Source: Candidatus Poribacteria bacterium (GTDB lineage: Bacteria; Poribacteria; WGA-4E; PCPOR2b). From it: a stretch of DNA of 64,000 bases. The notes beneath the pieces were generated by a model that saw nothing but the letters and a program-made list of their open reading frames with translations, had not been told where the DNA came from and searched no databases. The stretch is from NCBI GenBank assembly GCA_965116925.1, contig OZ220744.1, forward strand, positions 4,704,001-4,768,000, read 5' to 3'. Position numbers and translations under genes: made by a program. Positions 39,871 through 50,037 of this stretch are shown in pieces (positions within the stretch are counted from its first letter, which is position 1; each line of letters opens with the position of its first letter).

Positions 39871-41139
39871 ATGATCGAAATCCAACCCCTCCAAGAACCA
39901 ATCAACACAACAGTCACAGTGCCCGGTTCAAAAAGCTACACCAATCGGGCATTGCTTGTCGCTGCGCTGGCTGAAGGACGTTCTCAATTGACAGGTGCCC
40001 TTTTCAGCGATGATACCCACTATATGTTTCAGGCGTTGCGGAAACTTGGCGTGGGGATCGAGGCGGATGAGGAAGACTGTTCATTTCAAGTAGTCGGAAA
40101 TGGCGGAAAGATTCCTGTCGATCACGCTGAACTCTACATCGGCAATGCAGGCACAGCAGCTCGTCCGCTCGTCAGTTATGTTGCACTCGGCAACGGTGAA
40201 TTTATTATTGACGGCGATGCGCCGATGCGTCGGAGTCGTCCTATTTCGGACCTGCTTGACGCGCTCAAGCAACTCGACGTTGATGTACGTTCAAAATTCG
40301 ACAACGACTTTCTGCCGTTAATTGTTCGAGCAAACGGACTCAAGGGGGGAAAAACCCGCCTCGATGCCAGCAAGAGCAGTCAGTTCTTGACTTCGCTTAT
40401 GCTCGTCGCTCCCTATGCGGAAAAAGGGATGGCGATTGAGGTTTGGGGGGAGATGAAGACACCCTACATTGACATCACTACTTCAGTGATGAAAGGGTTC
40501 GGTGTGGACGTGGCTCACGACAACTACAAATCCTTTCACATTGAAGGTGGACAACGTTACCAACCCCGCGAATACGCCATCGAGCCAGACGCTTCCAATG
40601 CCTCCTATTTCTTCGCTGCGGCTGCGGTCACCGGTGGTCGCGTCCGGGTGACTAACCTTAGCACAGATTCCGCACAGGGCGATGTCCAGTTCGTCAATGT
40701 GCTAGAACAGATGGGCTGCCAAGTGCAACGCTGCGGCGATGATATAGAAGTTATTGGACCAGAACGGCTCAAAGGAATTGATCTGGATATGAAAGCGATC
40801 TCCGACACATCGTTGACTCTCGCCGCAATTTCCCCCTTTGCGGAGAGCCCAGTGACCATTCGGAATATAGAACATACGCGCTATCAAGAAACAGATCGCA
40901 TACATGCCATGGTCACAGAACTCCGAAAACTTGGTGTCCCTGTCGTTGAACGTCAAGATGGGGTTGAGATTTCACCCTCTCTAATTACGCCTGCGGAGAT
41001 TGAAACATATAAAGACCACCGGGTTGCAATGAGTTTTTCGCTGATTGGATTGAAAGTGCCGGGGATTCGGATTAAAGATCCGGGGTGCGTAAGCAAAACC
41101 TTTCCGACTTTTTTTGATGTGTTGGCAAGATTGAGGTAG
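39871..41139 (+). CDS. aroA: 3-phosphoshikimate 1-carboxyvinyltransferase
   Basis: PGSKSYTNR, GNAGTAAR, SSQF, ETDR, DHRVAMSF, KTFP. Confidence 0.97.
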   Translation: MIEIQPLQEPINTTVTVPGSKSYTNRALLVAALAEGRSQLTGALFSDDTHYMFQALRKLGVGIEADEEDCSFQVVGNGGKIPVDHAELYIGNAGTAARPLVSYVALGNGEFIIDGDAPMRRSRPISDLLDALKQLDVDVRSKFDNDFLPLIVRANGLKGGKTRLDASKSSQFLTSLMLVAPYAEKGMAIEVWGEMKTPYIDITTSVMKGFGVDVAHDNYKSFHIEGGQRYQPREYAIEPDASNASYFFAAAAVTGGRVRVTNLSTDSAQGDVQFVNVLEQMGCQVQRCGDDIEVIGPERLKGIDLDMKAISDTSLTLAAISPFAESPVTIRNIEHTRYQETDRIHAMVTELRKLGVPVVERQDGVEISPSLITPAEIETYKDHRVAMSFSLIGLKVPGIRIKDPGCVSKTFPTFFDVLARLR

Positions 41140-41311
41140 AGGGCGATGAGCACCCTAAACAAAGAAGGTAGAGGATAGATGAAAGGTGTTATTTGGACGG
41201 TGGACTAATGATCTAAGGCATGAATATGTGGATAGTTGGCTCGCGGACAAAACGCGAGGCCGAATATGTATAGTTGGCAAATCTGCAGATTCATTTTAGA
41301 GGAGGTACACA

Positions 41312-42307
41312 ATGTTACGTACTTTAATTGGCTGCATCATGATTGTTTTTATGTTCGTAATTATCAGCGCAATAAGTGCAAAGGAGAAACAGATGGAAAC
41401 ATTCAAAGATCTAAAAGTTGGCATGGCAGCACCAGATTTCGCACTCAATGACGGAAATGGAACTGCCCACAGCTTACGCGATTATCTGGGGGAAAAGAAT
41501 GTCGTCTTGGCGTTTTATCCCAAAGACTTCACCGGCGGCTGAACGACAGAACTCCGCTCGCTCCGGGATGAGTTGAGCCAAATTCAGGGGACAGATACAG
41601 TCCTTTTGGGTGTCAGCGTTGATGATGAAGCCTCTCATAAAAAGTTTCAAGAGGAAGAAAATTTTGGATTCCCTCTACTCGCTGATACGGAATTCGCAGT
41701 CAGCAAGGTCTATAGCGGCATCATGGATAGATTTAAGGCTTCTAACCGATCGACCTTCATTATTGACAAAGCAGGATACATTCGTGCAATAGATCGAAAC
41801 GTGAACACGCAAACGCACGGCGAGGATCTCGTTAAACTAATCAATGAAAGCATTCCGGGACCGATTCAGGTCGGACAGCCTGCACCAGACCTTATCGCTT
41901 CCGATCAGGATGGCAACACCTATCAACTCAGCAGCTTCGAGGGGAAAAAGAACGTTGTGCTGGCGTTCTATCCCAAAGATTTCACCGGAGGCTGAACGGC
42001 AGAGGTATGCTCGCTCCGGGATGAGTCGAGTACATTTGCTGAACATGATACACAGGTCTTTGCAATTAGCGTACAAGATGCAGCGTCTCATAAGAGGTTT
42101 GCTGAAGAAAATAATCTTAACTTTCCATTGCTAGTGGACACAGGACGTCATATTAGTTTGCTCTTCGGTGCGACGGACAAACCGGACGGTTTGAGCAGTC
42201 GCATAACGGTTGTCATCGACAAAGACGGAAAGATTATCAAGCTCGATAAACAGGTCAACGCAAGGACACACGGCAAAGACCTAGCTGATTTCTTTGAGGC
42301 GATGTAA
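41312..42307 (+). CDS. Exported tandem two-domain peroxiredoxin (BCP/PrxQ-like), probable di-selenoprotein (Sec77, Sec228)
   Basis: One frame from ATG 41312 (GAGGAGG RBS) to TAA 42305-42307 with TGA at 41540 and 41993, both in YPKDFTGG-U-T (peroxidatic PxxxTxxC position); signal-peptide-like N-terminus; hairpins after both TGAs. Confidence 0.9.
41556..41578 (+). promoter_or_regulatory. Candidate SECIS for TGA 41540-41542
   Basis: GCTCGCTC-CGGGAT-GAGT(T)GAGC; loop starts 21 nt after the UGA. Confidence 0.7.
42008..42032 (+). promoter_or_regulatory. Candidate SECIS for TGA 41993-41995
   Basis: TGCTCGCTC-CGGGAT-GAG(T)CGAGTA; loop starts 21 nt after the UGA. Confidence 0.7.
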
Positions 42308-42447
42308 TCTGCGCGAAAGATGGTACTTCTAAAGCCGAATTGCGAATCTAATTCACGCTGATAGCGCCTTCCATATCGGGCAAAGAATTACTTTACAATT
42401 AGCTACAATATGTGTATACTAATACCCTTGCGGGGTGGGGAAAATCT

Positions 42448-42963
42448 GTGAGAAATATTGTCCTGGTGGGTTTCATGGGAACAGGTAAGACCTCAGTGGG
42501 GAAAAGACTTGCCGAGCGTCTAGGGATGCCGATGATCGATACAGATGATATAATCGCAGAAGATAGCGGAATGGATATCCCCGACATCTTCGCTCGGTAT
42601 GGCGAACCGCACTTTAGGGATTTAGAGAGCACAGCTGTTTGTAAGGCAGCGAATCTAGAGAACCATGTGATCTCAACAGGCGGTGGGGTCGTCCTTCGAG
42701 AATCAAATTTGGATATGCTCAAGCGCAACGGTATTGTCTTCTGTTTGACAGCAACAACAGCAGAGATTTGGCGGCGTGTTAGGAGCGGAACCCATCGTCC
42801 GTTGCTGCAAGCACCCAATCCATTGGGTAGGATCGAGCAGATGCTTATAGAACGTCGTCCCTTTTATGCTCGCGCTGATCACCAGATCGTAACCACAGGA
42901 CTATCAATTAAAGCGGTTACAGATAAAATTGTAGGGATATTTCATTCCGAAAGAATCCTTTAG
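42448..42963 (+). CDS. aroK: Shikimate kinase
   Basis: NIVLVGFMGTGKTSVG, GEPHFRDLE, STGGG, RPLL. Confidence 0.95.
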   Translation: MRNIVLVGFMGTGKTSVGKRLAERLGMPMIDTDDIIAEDSGMDIPDIFARYGEPHFRDLESTAVCKAANLENHVISTGGGVVLRESNLDMLKRNGIVFCLTATTAEIWRRVRSGTHRPLLQAPNPLGRIEQMLIERRPFYARADHQIVTTGLSIKAVTDKIVGIFHSERIL

Positions 42964-43263
42964 AACTTGTTTTAACAAGCAAGAAACAATCCCATGGTGC
43001 TGTGGATTTGTCAATCCACAGCGAGCCGTATCGCAGGGTAGGAGTTGGTTTTCCTAACCCGTCAGGCGAGGGGACCTCGCCTCTACGAAATCAAGCTCCT
43101 ACGATTGACCTGACACGGTTTCCTAAATTATAGCGCGAATGTGCCGCTGAGTAGTAGATTACGGAAGAAACCGAGTTTTGAAGAAAAAACTCGGTTCAGG
43201 GCAAATAACTTTACCCCAAATGGCTTTTCAAAGCTGAAAGGCCTTGCCCAGAGAAATTGATAT

Positions 43264-43704
43264 ATGAACATCTCACTGATTCACGGACCCAACCTTCAAC
43301 TCTTGGGAAGACGACAGCCTGAAATTTACGGTAGCCAGACGCTGGATGACATCAATTTACACCTAATCGAAATCGCTGCGGGACGAAGCGTTAATCTCAA
43401 GATTTTTCAGGCAAATTCCGAAGGTGAAATTGTCTCCTTTATTGGGGACAATATCGACTGGGCGGATGGCGTTATTATCAATCCTGCGGCTTACACGCAT
43501 ACGAGTGTCGCAATCCGGGATGCTCTGTCCGCTGTCAATCTCCCTGTTATTGAGATCCACCTCTCTAACGTGCACACCCGCGAGTCTTTTCGCCAGCATT
43601 CTTACATTTCTCCTATCGCTGTCGGTGTGATTTGTGGATTTGGGGCGCATGGCTATGATTTGGCGTTGGACGCGATGATTCAGGTTTTGCAGCAGGCAGA
43701 TTGA
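43264..43704 (+). CDS. aroQ: Type II 3-dehydroquinate dehydratase
   Basis: HGPNLQLLGRRQPEIYG, INPAAYTHTSVAIRDA, EIHLSN. Confidence 0.97.
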   Translation: MNISLIHGPNLQLLGRRQPEIYGSQTLDDINLHLIEIAAGRSVNLKIFQANSEGEIVSFIGDNIDWADGVIINPAAYTHTSVAIRDALSAVNLPVIEIHLSNVHTRESFRQHSYISPIAVGVICGFGAHGYDLALDAMIQVLQQAD

Positions 43705-43775
43705 TAGGATCGAGGAAAAGCAGATGAGAACAATTTTGGATACTTATTTTTTGAAAAGTGGAAAAGGAGAATTTT

Positions 43776-44333
43776 ATGGCAGCACTCAATGACTTACGAA
43801 ACGGTTTAGTTGTCCGACTCGATAACGTTATGTACACCATTACCGATTGTCAACACGTTAAGCCCGGCAAAGGGGGTGCATTTGCTCGTACAAAACTCAA
43901 GCGGGTCACCGACGGAGCAGTTATCGATCGGACGTTCCGTTCAAAAGACACAATCGAAACCGTTCGCCTTGAAGAACGTGATATGCAATATATGTATAGT
44001 GATGGAACGCTGTTATACTTCATGGATAACGAAACCTTTGAGCAAAATCAACTACCGGAAAACCTCCTGAACGATGGAATGAAGTTCCTCAAGGAAGGAG
44101 AAACGATCCGAGTCAAAGTTGACGAGAATACCCCTGTGGCGATCGAATTACCGACATTTGTAGAACTTAAAATTGTTGAAACAGATCCCGGCTTACGCGG
44201 CGATACCGCCAGCGGCGGGTCAAAGCCAGCAACGCTGGAAACAGGCGGGGTGGTCCAAGTGCCCCTATTTGTTGAAAATGGTACGACAATCAAGGTTGAT
44301 ACCCGTACAGGAACATATGTAGAGAGGGTTTAA
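43776..44333 (+). CDS. efp: Elongation factor P
   Basis: HVKPGKGGAF, PGLRGDTA, KPATLETG, VPLF, DTRTG.YVER; AAGGAG RBS. Confidence 0.97.
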   Translation: MAALNDLRNGLVVRLDNVMYTITDCQHVKPGKGGAFARTKLKRVTDGAVIDRTFRSKDTIETVRLEERDMQYMYSDGTLLYFMDNETFEQNQLPENLLNDGMKFLKEGETIRVKVDENTPVAIELPTFVELKIVETDPGLRGDTASGGSKPATLETGGVVQVPLFVENGTTIKVDTRTGTYVERV

Positions 44334-44336
44334 TCG

Positions 44337-44804
44337 ATGCCGAGAGAAAAATCACCATCCGCTACAGAACTCCTGCAACAAGTCTGCGACATCATGGAAG
44401 AGCGAGATTTGACAGAGGTGCTTCTGCGTGAGGAAGGTATTACTTTGAAGGTCCGGCGAGGCAGTGAACCTGTACCTGTCGCGTTTTCGCAGCCAAGCGA
44501 CATGGTGCCCTTACCAGGTGCGGAACAGGTCGAGTCTTCTGCGGCACCGCTGTCACCAGAAGTGGGAGAACTCGTACGGTCACCGATGGTAGGACTGTTT
44601 TATGCGTCACAATCGCCGGAGGCTGCGCCTTATGTGGAAGCTGGAAGCGTTGTATCCGAAGACGATACTTTGTGCTTGATTGAAGCGATGAAAATTTTCA
44701 ACGAAGTCAAACCGGATTTTCCCTGCGAGATTCTTGAAATTCTCGTTGAAGATACAACGACCGTTGAGTTTGATCAGCCCCTGTTCCGCGTGAAACGGGT
44801 ATAA
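44337..44804 (+). CDS. accB: Biotin carboxyl carrier protein
   Basis: SPMVGLFY, EAMKIFNEV, VEFDQPLF. Confidence 0.93.
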   Translation: MPREKSPSATELLQQVCDIMEERDLTEVLLREEGITLKVRRGSEPVPVAFSQPSDMVPLPGAEQVESSAAPLSPEVGELVRSPMVGLFYASQSPEAAPYVEAGSVVSEDDTLCLIEAMKIFNEVKPDFPCEILEILVEDTTTVEFDQPLFRVKRV

Positions 44805-45087
44805 GGACGGATTTAATTTTCTTCTTCTTATCAAGAACAATTTTGTGCACTTTTATATCGGTCATCCGCCGGAGCAGAACTTTATCCCAACCGCGGCGAT
44901 TGTTGTTACCCAACCCAGACTAGATTTCAGGATTGAAGGACAAAACAACATCTTAAAGTTCCTATTTTTCCTGCTAATCATTGAATCCTGATTGGATTTT
45001 TGCGGGCACCGGTGTAATTACAATAGGAGACCAAATCTAGGACAACGGTGTTGTCCCCTAAAATAATCGGAGATGTAGGAAGGAAGT

Positions 45088-46767
45088 ATGAGAAACGAAC
45101 TCAAACGTCAAAGCTATGTGATTACTGATGGTCCAGATCGAGCAGCAGCGCGCGCCATGTTGATGTTCGGCGATGATGGACTAAAACCTGAAGATCTAGA
45201 TAAACCAATTGTGGGGGTCGCCAATACATGGATTGAGATTGGACCTTGCAACTACCACCTCCGCCGCCTTGCTGCAAAAGTGAAGGAAGGCATCCGGGCA
45301 GCAGGTGGCACGCCTCTCGAATTTAATACAGTTAGCATTTCAGATGGAATTAGTATGGGCACCGAGGGAATGAAGGCATCGCTCATCAGCCGAGAGGTGA
45401 TCGCGGATTCCATCGAACTGGTTTGTCGCGGCAATATGTTTGATGCAGTTGTTACGCTTTGCGGCTGCGACAAAACTGTGCCCGGTACAGTGATGGCACT
45501 TGCCCGTCTAGACATACCCTCATTGACGCTTTACGGCGGGTCAATTATGCCCGGCCGTTTTCAGGAAGAAGATGTGACAATTATGGAGGTTTTTGAGGCG
45601 GTGGGGGTGCACGCTGCAGGCAAAATCACTATCGAAGAACTTGATGACCTCATTAGCAAAGGCTGCCCCGGTCCGGGGGCTTGCGGTGGGCAATACACCG
45701 CCAACACAATGGCAACCGCTGTTGAGATTCTTGGGATGGCACCAATGGGTAGTGGCAGTGTTCCGGCAGTGGATAAAAATAAAGATGATGTCGCATTCCA
45801 AGCCGGTCAACTAGTTATGGAGATGCTAGCCGCTGACCGCCGTCCCAGCCAAATCATCACGCGACGTTCGCTCGAAAATGCAATATCCTCGGTGGCGACA
45901 ACCGCTGGTTCAACGAATGGCGTCCTTCATCTGCTCGCAATTGCACACGAAGCCAATATTCCATTGACGATCGACGACTTTGAAGAAATCCGATCAAAGA
46001 CACCAATCTATGTAAATCTGAGGCCCGGTGGACGTTTCGTTGCCGCGGATCTGCATGAAGCGGGTGGCATTCAGCTTGTCGCCAAACGCCTTATGGAAGC
46101 CGGACGCCTCCACGCCGACGAACTCACCGTAACGGGGCAGACTATCGGTGAAGCTGCTGCTAACGCTGTCGAAACAGAGGGGCAGGAAGTTGTTTTCCCC
46201 GTGTCGAAACCGATTAAACCGACCGGTGGGTTCGCAATACTCAAAGGCAATCTCGCTCCCGATGGCTGCGTCATCAAGTTAGCCGGTCATGATAGAACTG
46301 TCCATAGAGGTCCAGTGCGTGTATTTGAACGCGAGGAAGATACCTTTGCAGCGATTAAGAACGGAACTATCCAGCCGGGTGATGTAGTTGTCATCCGTTA
46401 CGAGGGACCTGCCGGGGGTCCAGGTATGCGAGAGATGCTCGGTGTTACCGCCGCAATTATCGGGGCCGGACTGGGTGAAGATGTCGCCCTCATGACGGAT
46501 GGCAGGTTCTCTGGTGCCACGCACGGCTTCATGATTTGCCACATTGCGCCGGAAGCAGCGCATGGTGGACCGATTGCAATATTACGTGATGGTGATATTG
46601 TGGTGATTGACGCTGAAGCACTTCGGATTGATGTTGAGCTTTCAGACGAGGAAATCCAAGCGCGACTTGATAAATGGACGCCTCCAGCCCCGCGCTACAC
46701 CCGCGGCGTGATGGCGAAATATGCACGTCTTGTGTCATCTGCCTCCGAAGGGGCAGTCACTGGATGA
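45088..46767 (+). CDS. ilvD: Dihydroxy-acid dehydratase
   Basis: [46 protein letters not shown]. Confidence 0.96.
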   Translation: MRNELKRQSYVITDGPDRAAARAMLMFGDDGLKPEDLDKPIVGVANTWIEIGPCNYHLRRLAAKVKEGIRAAGGTPLEFNTVSISDGISMGTEGMKASLISREVIADSIELVCRGNMFDAVVTLCGCDKTVPGTVMALARLDIPSLTLYGGSIMPGRFQEEDVTIMEVFEAVGVHAAGKITIEELDDLISKGCPGPGACGGQYTANTMATAVEILGMAPMGSGSVPAVDKNKDDVAFQAGQLVMEMLAADRRPSQIITRRSLENAISSVATTAGSTNGVLHLLAIAHEANIPLTIDDFEEIRSKTPIYVNLRPGGRFVAADLHEAGGIQLVAKRLMEAGRLHADELTVTGQTIGEAAANAVETEGQEVVFPVSKPIKPTGGFAILKGNLAPDGCVIKLAGHDRTVHRGPVRVFEREEDTFAAIKNGTIQPGDVVVIRYEGPAGGPGMREMLGVTAAIIGAGLGEDVALMTDGRFSGATHGFMICHIAPEAAHGGPIAILRDGDIVVIDAEALRIDVELSDEEIQARLDKWTPPAPRYTRGVMAKYARLVSSASEGAVTG

Positions 46768-47006
46768 GGCGCGAACAGATGCTGTGTGATACTTGTGGTA
46801 GAGAGGGAGCACGAACCCGCAGAGTTACAGAAACCTACGGCAAGGGTGGAGATTTGATAGTCATTGAGAATATCCCTATGGTGAGCTGCTCCCATTGTGG
46901 AGAAAGCTACTTTACAGCGGATACGCTTCATGAAATTGAGCGTATCAAGCTCCACCACAAGAGTTTTGCTGTTGAACGTCCGGTGCCGGTAGCCAAGTTT
47001 GTATAG
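46764..47006 (+). CDS. YgiT-type zinc finger (MqsA-like antitoxin family), orphan
   Basis: CDTC...[23 protein letters not shown] overlap with the ilvD stop. Confidence 0.8.
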   Translation: MRREQMLCDTCGREGARTRRVTETYGKGGDLIVIENIPMVSCSHCGESYFTADTLHEIERIKLHHKSFAVERPVPVAKFV

Positions 47007-47027
47007 AGAATTTCCCCATACAAAGAT

Positions 47028-47828
47028 ATGCAAGATAAAATTGTCGGTCGAAATTCAGTGCTAGAACTTCTACGCCGCGGCAACCGCGAAATTGAACGGA
47101 TACTGATCGCACAGGGAAATAATCACCCGCGCCTCCGGCAAATCCGTGCTATCGCTGAGAAAAATGGCATCCGCTGTGATTTCACGCCACGTCGGGAATT
47201 AGATCCGATAGAAACCGAAGTCCCGCATCAAGGGGTTATCGCCCTTGTCAGTCCTGCCAGTTATATCGACCTTCCGAGTCTCATCACAAACACACAAGAC
47301 TCAAATCATCCACCGTTATTCATTATGCTCGATCAGGTCCAAGATCCCCGGAATCTTGGTGCAATTATCCGCACAGCGGATGCTGTCAATGCCGATGGGT
47401 TAATCCTTCCGAAGGATAGAGCCGCCGGCATCACAACCGCTGCACACAAAGCTTCGGCGGGCAGCTCTGAATATATGCCAATTGCTCAAGTGACCAACCT
47501 TGCCCGAACAATCGAGACCCTCAAGGATGCTGGTATCTGGGTGATTGGCGCAGATCAGACAGCACCAACGCCCTATACTCAGGCAGATTTGACGGCACCG
47601 ACTTGTCTTGTCCTCGGTAACGAGGCAGAGGGTCTCCGTCGCCTCGTTAAGGAGAAATGCGACCTACTGATCCACCTCCCGATGTTCGGACACGTTCCAT
47701 CGCTCAACGTTTCGGTCGCTGCGGGCATTTTGCTTTATGAGGTCATTCGTCAGAGGGGAAATACCGATTCAGTATCAGAGCGTGTGAAAGCGGGTAGGGA
47801 ACGCAGATCTGCGTTCCCTACAATCTGA
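47028..47828 (+). CDS. rlmB: 23S rRNA Gm2251 methyltransferase
   Basis: HQGV, LDQVQDPRNLGAIIRTA, LGNEAEG, SLNVSVAAGILLYE. Confidence 0.94.
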   Translation: MQDKIVGRNSVLELLRRGNREIERILIAQGNNHPRLRQIRAIAEKNGIRCDFTPRRELDPIETEVPHQGVIALVSPASYIDLPSLITNTQDSNHPPLFIMLDQVQDPRNLGAIIRTADAVNADGLILPKDRAAGITTAAHKASAGSSEYMPIAQVTNLARTIETLKDAGIWVIGADQTAPTPYTQADLTAPTCLVLGNEAEGLRRLVKEKCDLLIHLPMFGHVPSLNVSVAAGILLYEVIRQRGNTDSVSERVKAGRERRSAFPTI

Positions 47829-47854
47829 CCGCTCTTATAGGACAAAAAATCATT

Positions 47855-49231
47855 ATGCAGATCAACGACTCAATTACCGTCGAACAACTCAAACCGAAAC
47901 TTGAGCATCTGTTTGAGCTATCGGGAAAGAAGATTTTATCAATTGAAGACACATGGCTTCCCGAAAAAGGGACGCCGGTGTTCACTGTTGCCGGTCAGTA
48001 TACCACGCGAGGGTGGACGGAGTGGACGCAGGGATTTCAATTCGGTTCCGCGCTATTGCAATTCGACGCAACAGATGACGAGCAGTTCCTTGAAATCGGG
48101 CGGAAGAACACAGTCGAAAAGATGGCACCTCATCTGACGCATATCGGTGTACACGACCACGGGTTCAATAACGTCTCGACCTATGGTAATTTACGGCGCA
48201 TGATCCTTGAAGGTCGTATTCCATATAACGATTGGGAACTCCATTTCTACGAACTTGCGCTGAAAGTGTCATCAGCGGTGCAAGCAAGTCGCTGGTCAAA
48301 GATAAAAGATGGGAAAGGCTATATCCCCTCTTTCAACGGTCCCCATTCACTTTTTGCAGACACCATCCGCTCGTTGCGGGCATTGGCGTTGGGACATAGC
48401 CTAGGGCATGTACTGATGGGCGAGAACGATCAGCCAATCACTTTGCTAGAGCGATTGTTACACCACTCCGAGACAACCGCAACCTATAACGTCTACTACG
48501 GCGAAGAACGCGATGCGTTTGATGTACGCGGGCGTGTCGCACACGAATCGGTCTTTAATATGAATGATGGGAATTATCGCTGTCCAAGTAGCCAGCAGGG
48601 ATATTCACCGTTTACAACGTGGACGCGGGGACTCGCTTGGATTATCACAGGCTATGCCGAGCAGCTTGAGTTCTTTGAGACACTGGCAGACGACGATCTT
48701 ACCCCTTACGGCGGGAAGGCAGAGGCAGCCGATCATATACTGAAAGCCGCCAGAGCAACTTCCGACTTTTATATTGAAAACACAGCCTTAGACGGCATCC
48801 CGTATTGGGACACTGGGGCACCGGGGCTGCCTCAACTTGGATCCTATCTCCAACAACCCGCAGACCCGTTCAACGATATTGAGCCTGTCGATAGTTCCGC
48901 AGCCGCTATCACGGCGCAGGGGTTGATCCGACTAGGGAATTATCTCAAGAAACAGGGAGAACAGGCAGCAGGGAAATGCTACTATCAGGCGGGATTAACA
49001 GTTGCTGCGACACTCTTTTCTGAACCGTATCTTTCGGAATCTGACGAGCATCAGGGTTTAATCCTGCATTCAATCTACCATCGTCCAAACGGTTGGGATT
49101 ATATCCCCGAAGGCAGGGCTATTCCGTGTGGCGAATCGTCAATGTGGGGCGATTACCATGCACGGGAACTTGGACTGCTTCTGCTACGGGAATTGAAGAA
49201 TCAACCGTATCTGACTTTTTGGGGGAACTAG
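47855..49231 (+). CDS. Glycoside hydrolase family 88-like (unsaturated glucuronyl hydrolase)
   Basis: WTQGF, HDHGF, WTRGLAW, IPYWD, DSSAAAI, WGDY. Confidence 0.8.
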   Translation: MQINDSITVEQLKPKLEHLFELSGKKILSIEDTWLPEKGTPVFTVAGQYTTRGWTEWTQGFQFGSALLQFDATDDEQFLEIGRKNTVEKMAPHLTHIGVHDHGFNNVSTYGNLRRMILEGRIPYNDWELHFYELALKVSSAVQASRWSKIKDGKGYIPSFNGPHSLFADTIRSLRALALGHSLGHVLMGENDQPITLLERLLHHSETTATYNVYYGEERDAFDVRGRVAHESVFNMNDGNYRCPSSQQGYSPFTTWTRGLAWIITGYAEQLEFFETLADDDLTPYGGKAEAADHILKAARATSDFYIENTALDGIPYWDTGAPGLPQLGSYLQQPADPFNDIEPVDSSAAAITAQGLIRLGNYLKKQGEQAAGKCYYQAGLTVAATLFSEPYLSESDEHQGLILHSIYHRPNGWDYIPEGRAIPCGESSMWGDYHARELGLLLLRELKNQPYLTFWGN

Positions 49232-49277
49232 TAAAGAACAAAAATCTTCATTTTGTAAAAATTAGGGGAATCTATCA

Positions 49278-50018
49278 ATGCAATTAACAGACAAGCAGGT
49301 GCAGCAGTTTCATGAAGAAGGGTACTTGATTTTTGAAAATCTAATCCACGGTGAAAAACTCAAAGCCTATCAGGAACTCTTCGATGATCTCGTTGAGCGT
49401 AGCCTCACCGTCCCACCTGATATACCACACTGGACCTTTGAATTCGGCGAAGACCACAAACCGATTGCGGGATTTTTACACAAAATTCAAGGGGTGTGCG
49501 TTGTTGAACCAAAGGTACTGGATCTCGCTCAAGAGACGGAAATTCTTGACCGAGTGCAAACACTCGTCGGTCCTGACATTGATGTATTCGGCACCAAGTT
49601 CTTTCCCAAGTTGCCGAATGGCGGCACCTCGGTAGACTGGCATCAAGACAACTACTACTTCGGTACAAATACAGACCGAATTGTCAGTTGCGGTATTTAT
49701 CTTCAGGACGCTGACCGTGAGAACGGCTGCCTGAGAGTTGTACCGAAAAGTCATCTGTCTCAAGAGATTGTGGAGCATCACCGAAAGCAGGGGGCACATG
49801 GGAGTTGGACAGAGGTGGACGAATCGAAAGCTGTCGATGTAGAGGTGCCCGGTGGTACGGTGGTCTTCTTCTCATCGAATCTTCTCCATGGGACTTACGA
49901 GAATCGTAGTAATCGCCCCCGCTACAGCACCGCTTGGCACTATATCCCCGCCGATCTGCCTCTAGACCGGTTCCCACGCGGCGGTTACGAAGATCGGCAC
50001 ATTGTTCGGGGGGATTAA
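49278..50018 (+). CDS. PhyH-family dioxygenase
   Basis: QFHEEGYL, WHQD, ENGCLRVVPKSH, LLHG..N. Confidence 0.92.
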   Translation: MQLTDKQVQQFHEEGYLIFENLIHGEKLKAYQELFDDLVERSLTVPPDIPHWTFEFGEDHKPIAGFLHKIQGVCVVEPKVLDLAQETEILDRVQTLVGPDIDVFGTKFFPKLPNGGTSVDWHQDNYYFGTNTDRIVSCGIYLQDADRENGCLRVVPKSHLSQEIVEHHRKQGAHGSWTEVDESKAVDVEVPGGTVVFFSSNLLHGTYENRSNRPRYSTAWHYIPADLPLDRFPRGGYEDRHIVRGD

Positions 50019-50037
50019 TACACCGAAAGAGGGCAAT

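Noticed and set aside
483..42307. Genome-wide UGA reassignment to Trp or Gly (code 4/25) as the explanation for in-frame TGAs
   Set aside because: Many complete genes end at TGA (e.g. 7188, 8318, 38776, 46767, 58929), and all four internal TGAs fall at catalytic Cys positions
41312..42307. Peroxiredoxin pseudogene
   Set aside because: Independent nonsense mutations at the identical catalytic codon in both repeats, each with a conserved hairpin and no other lesions, are implausible
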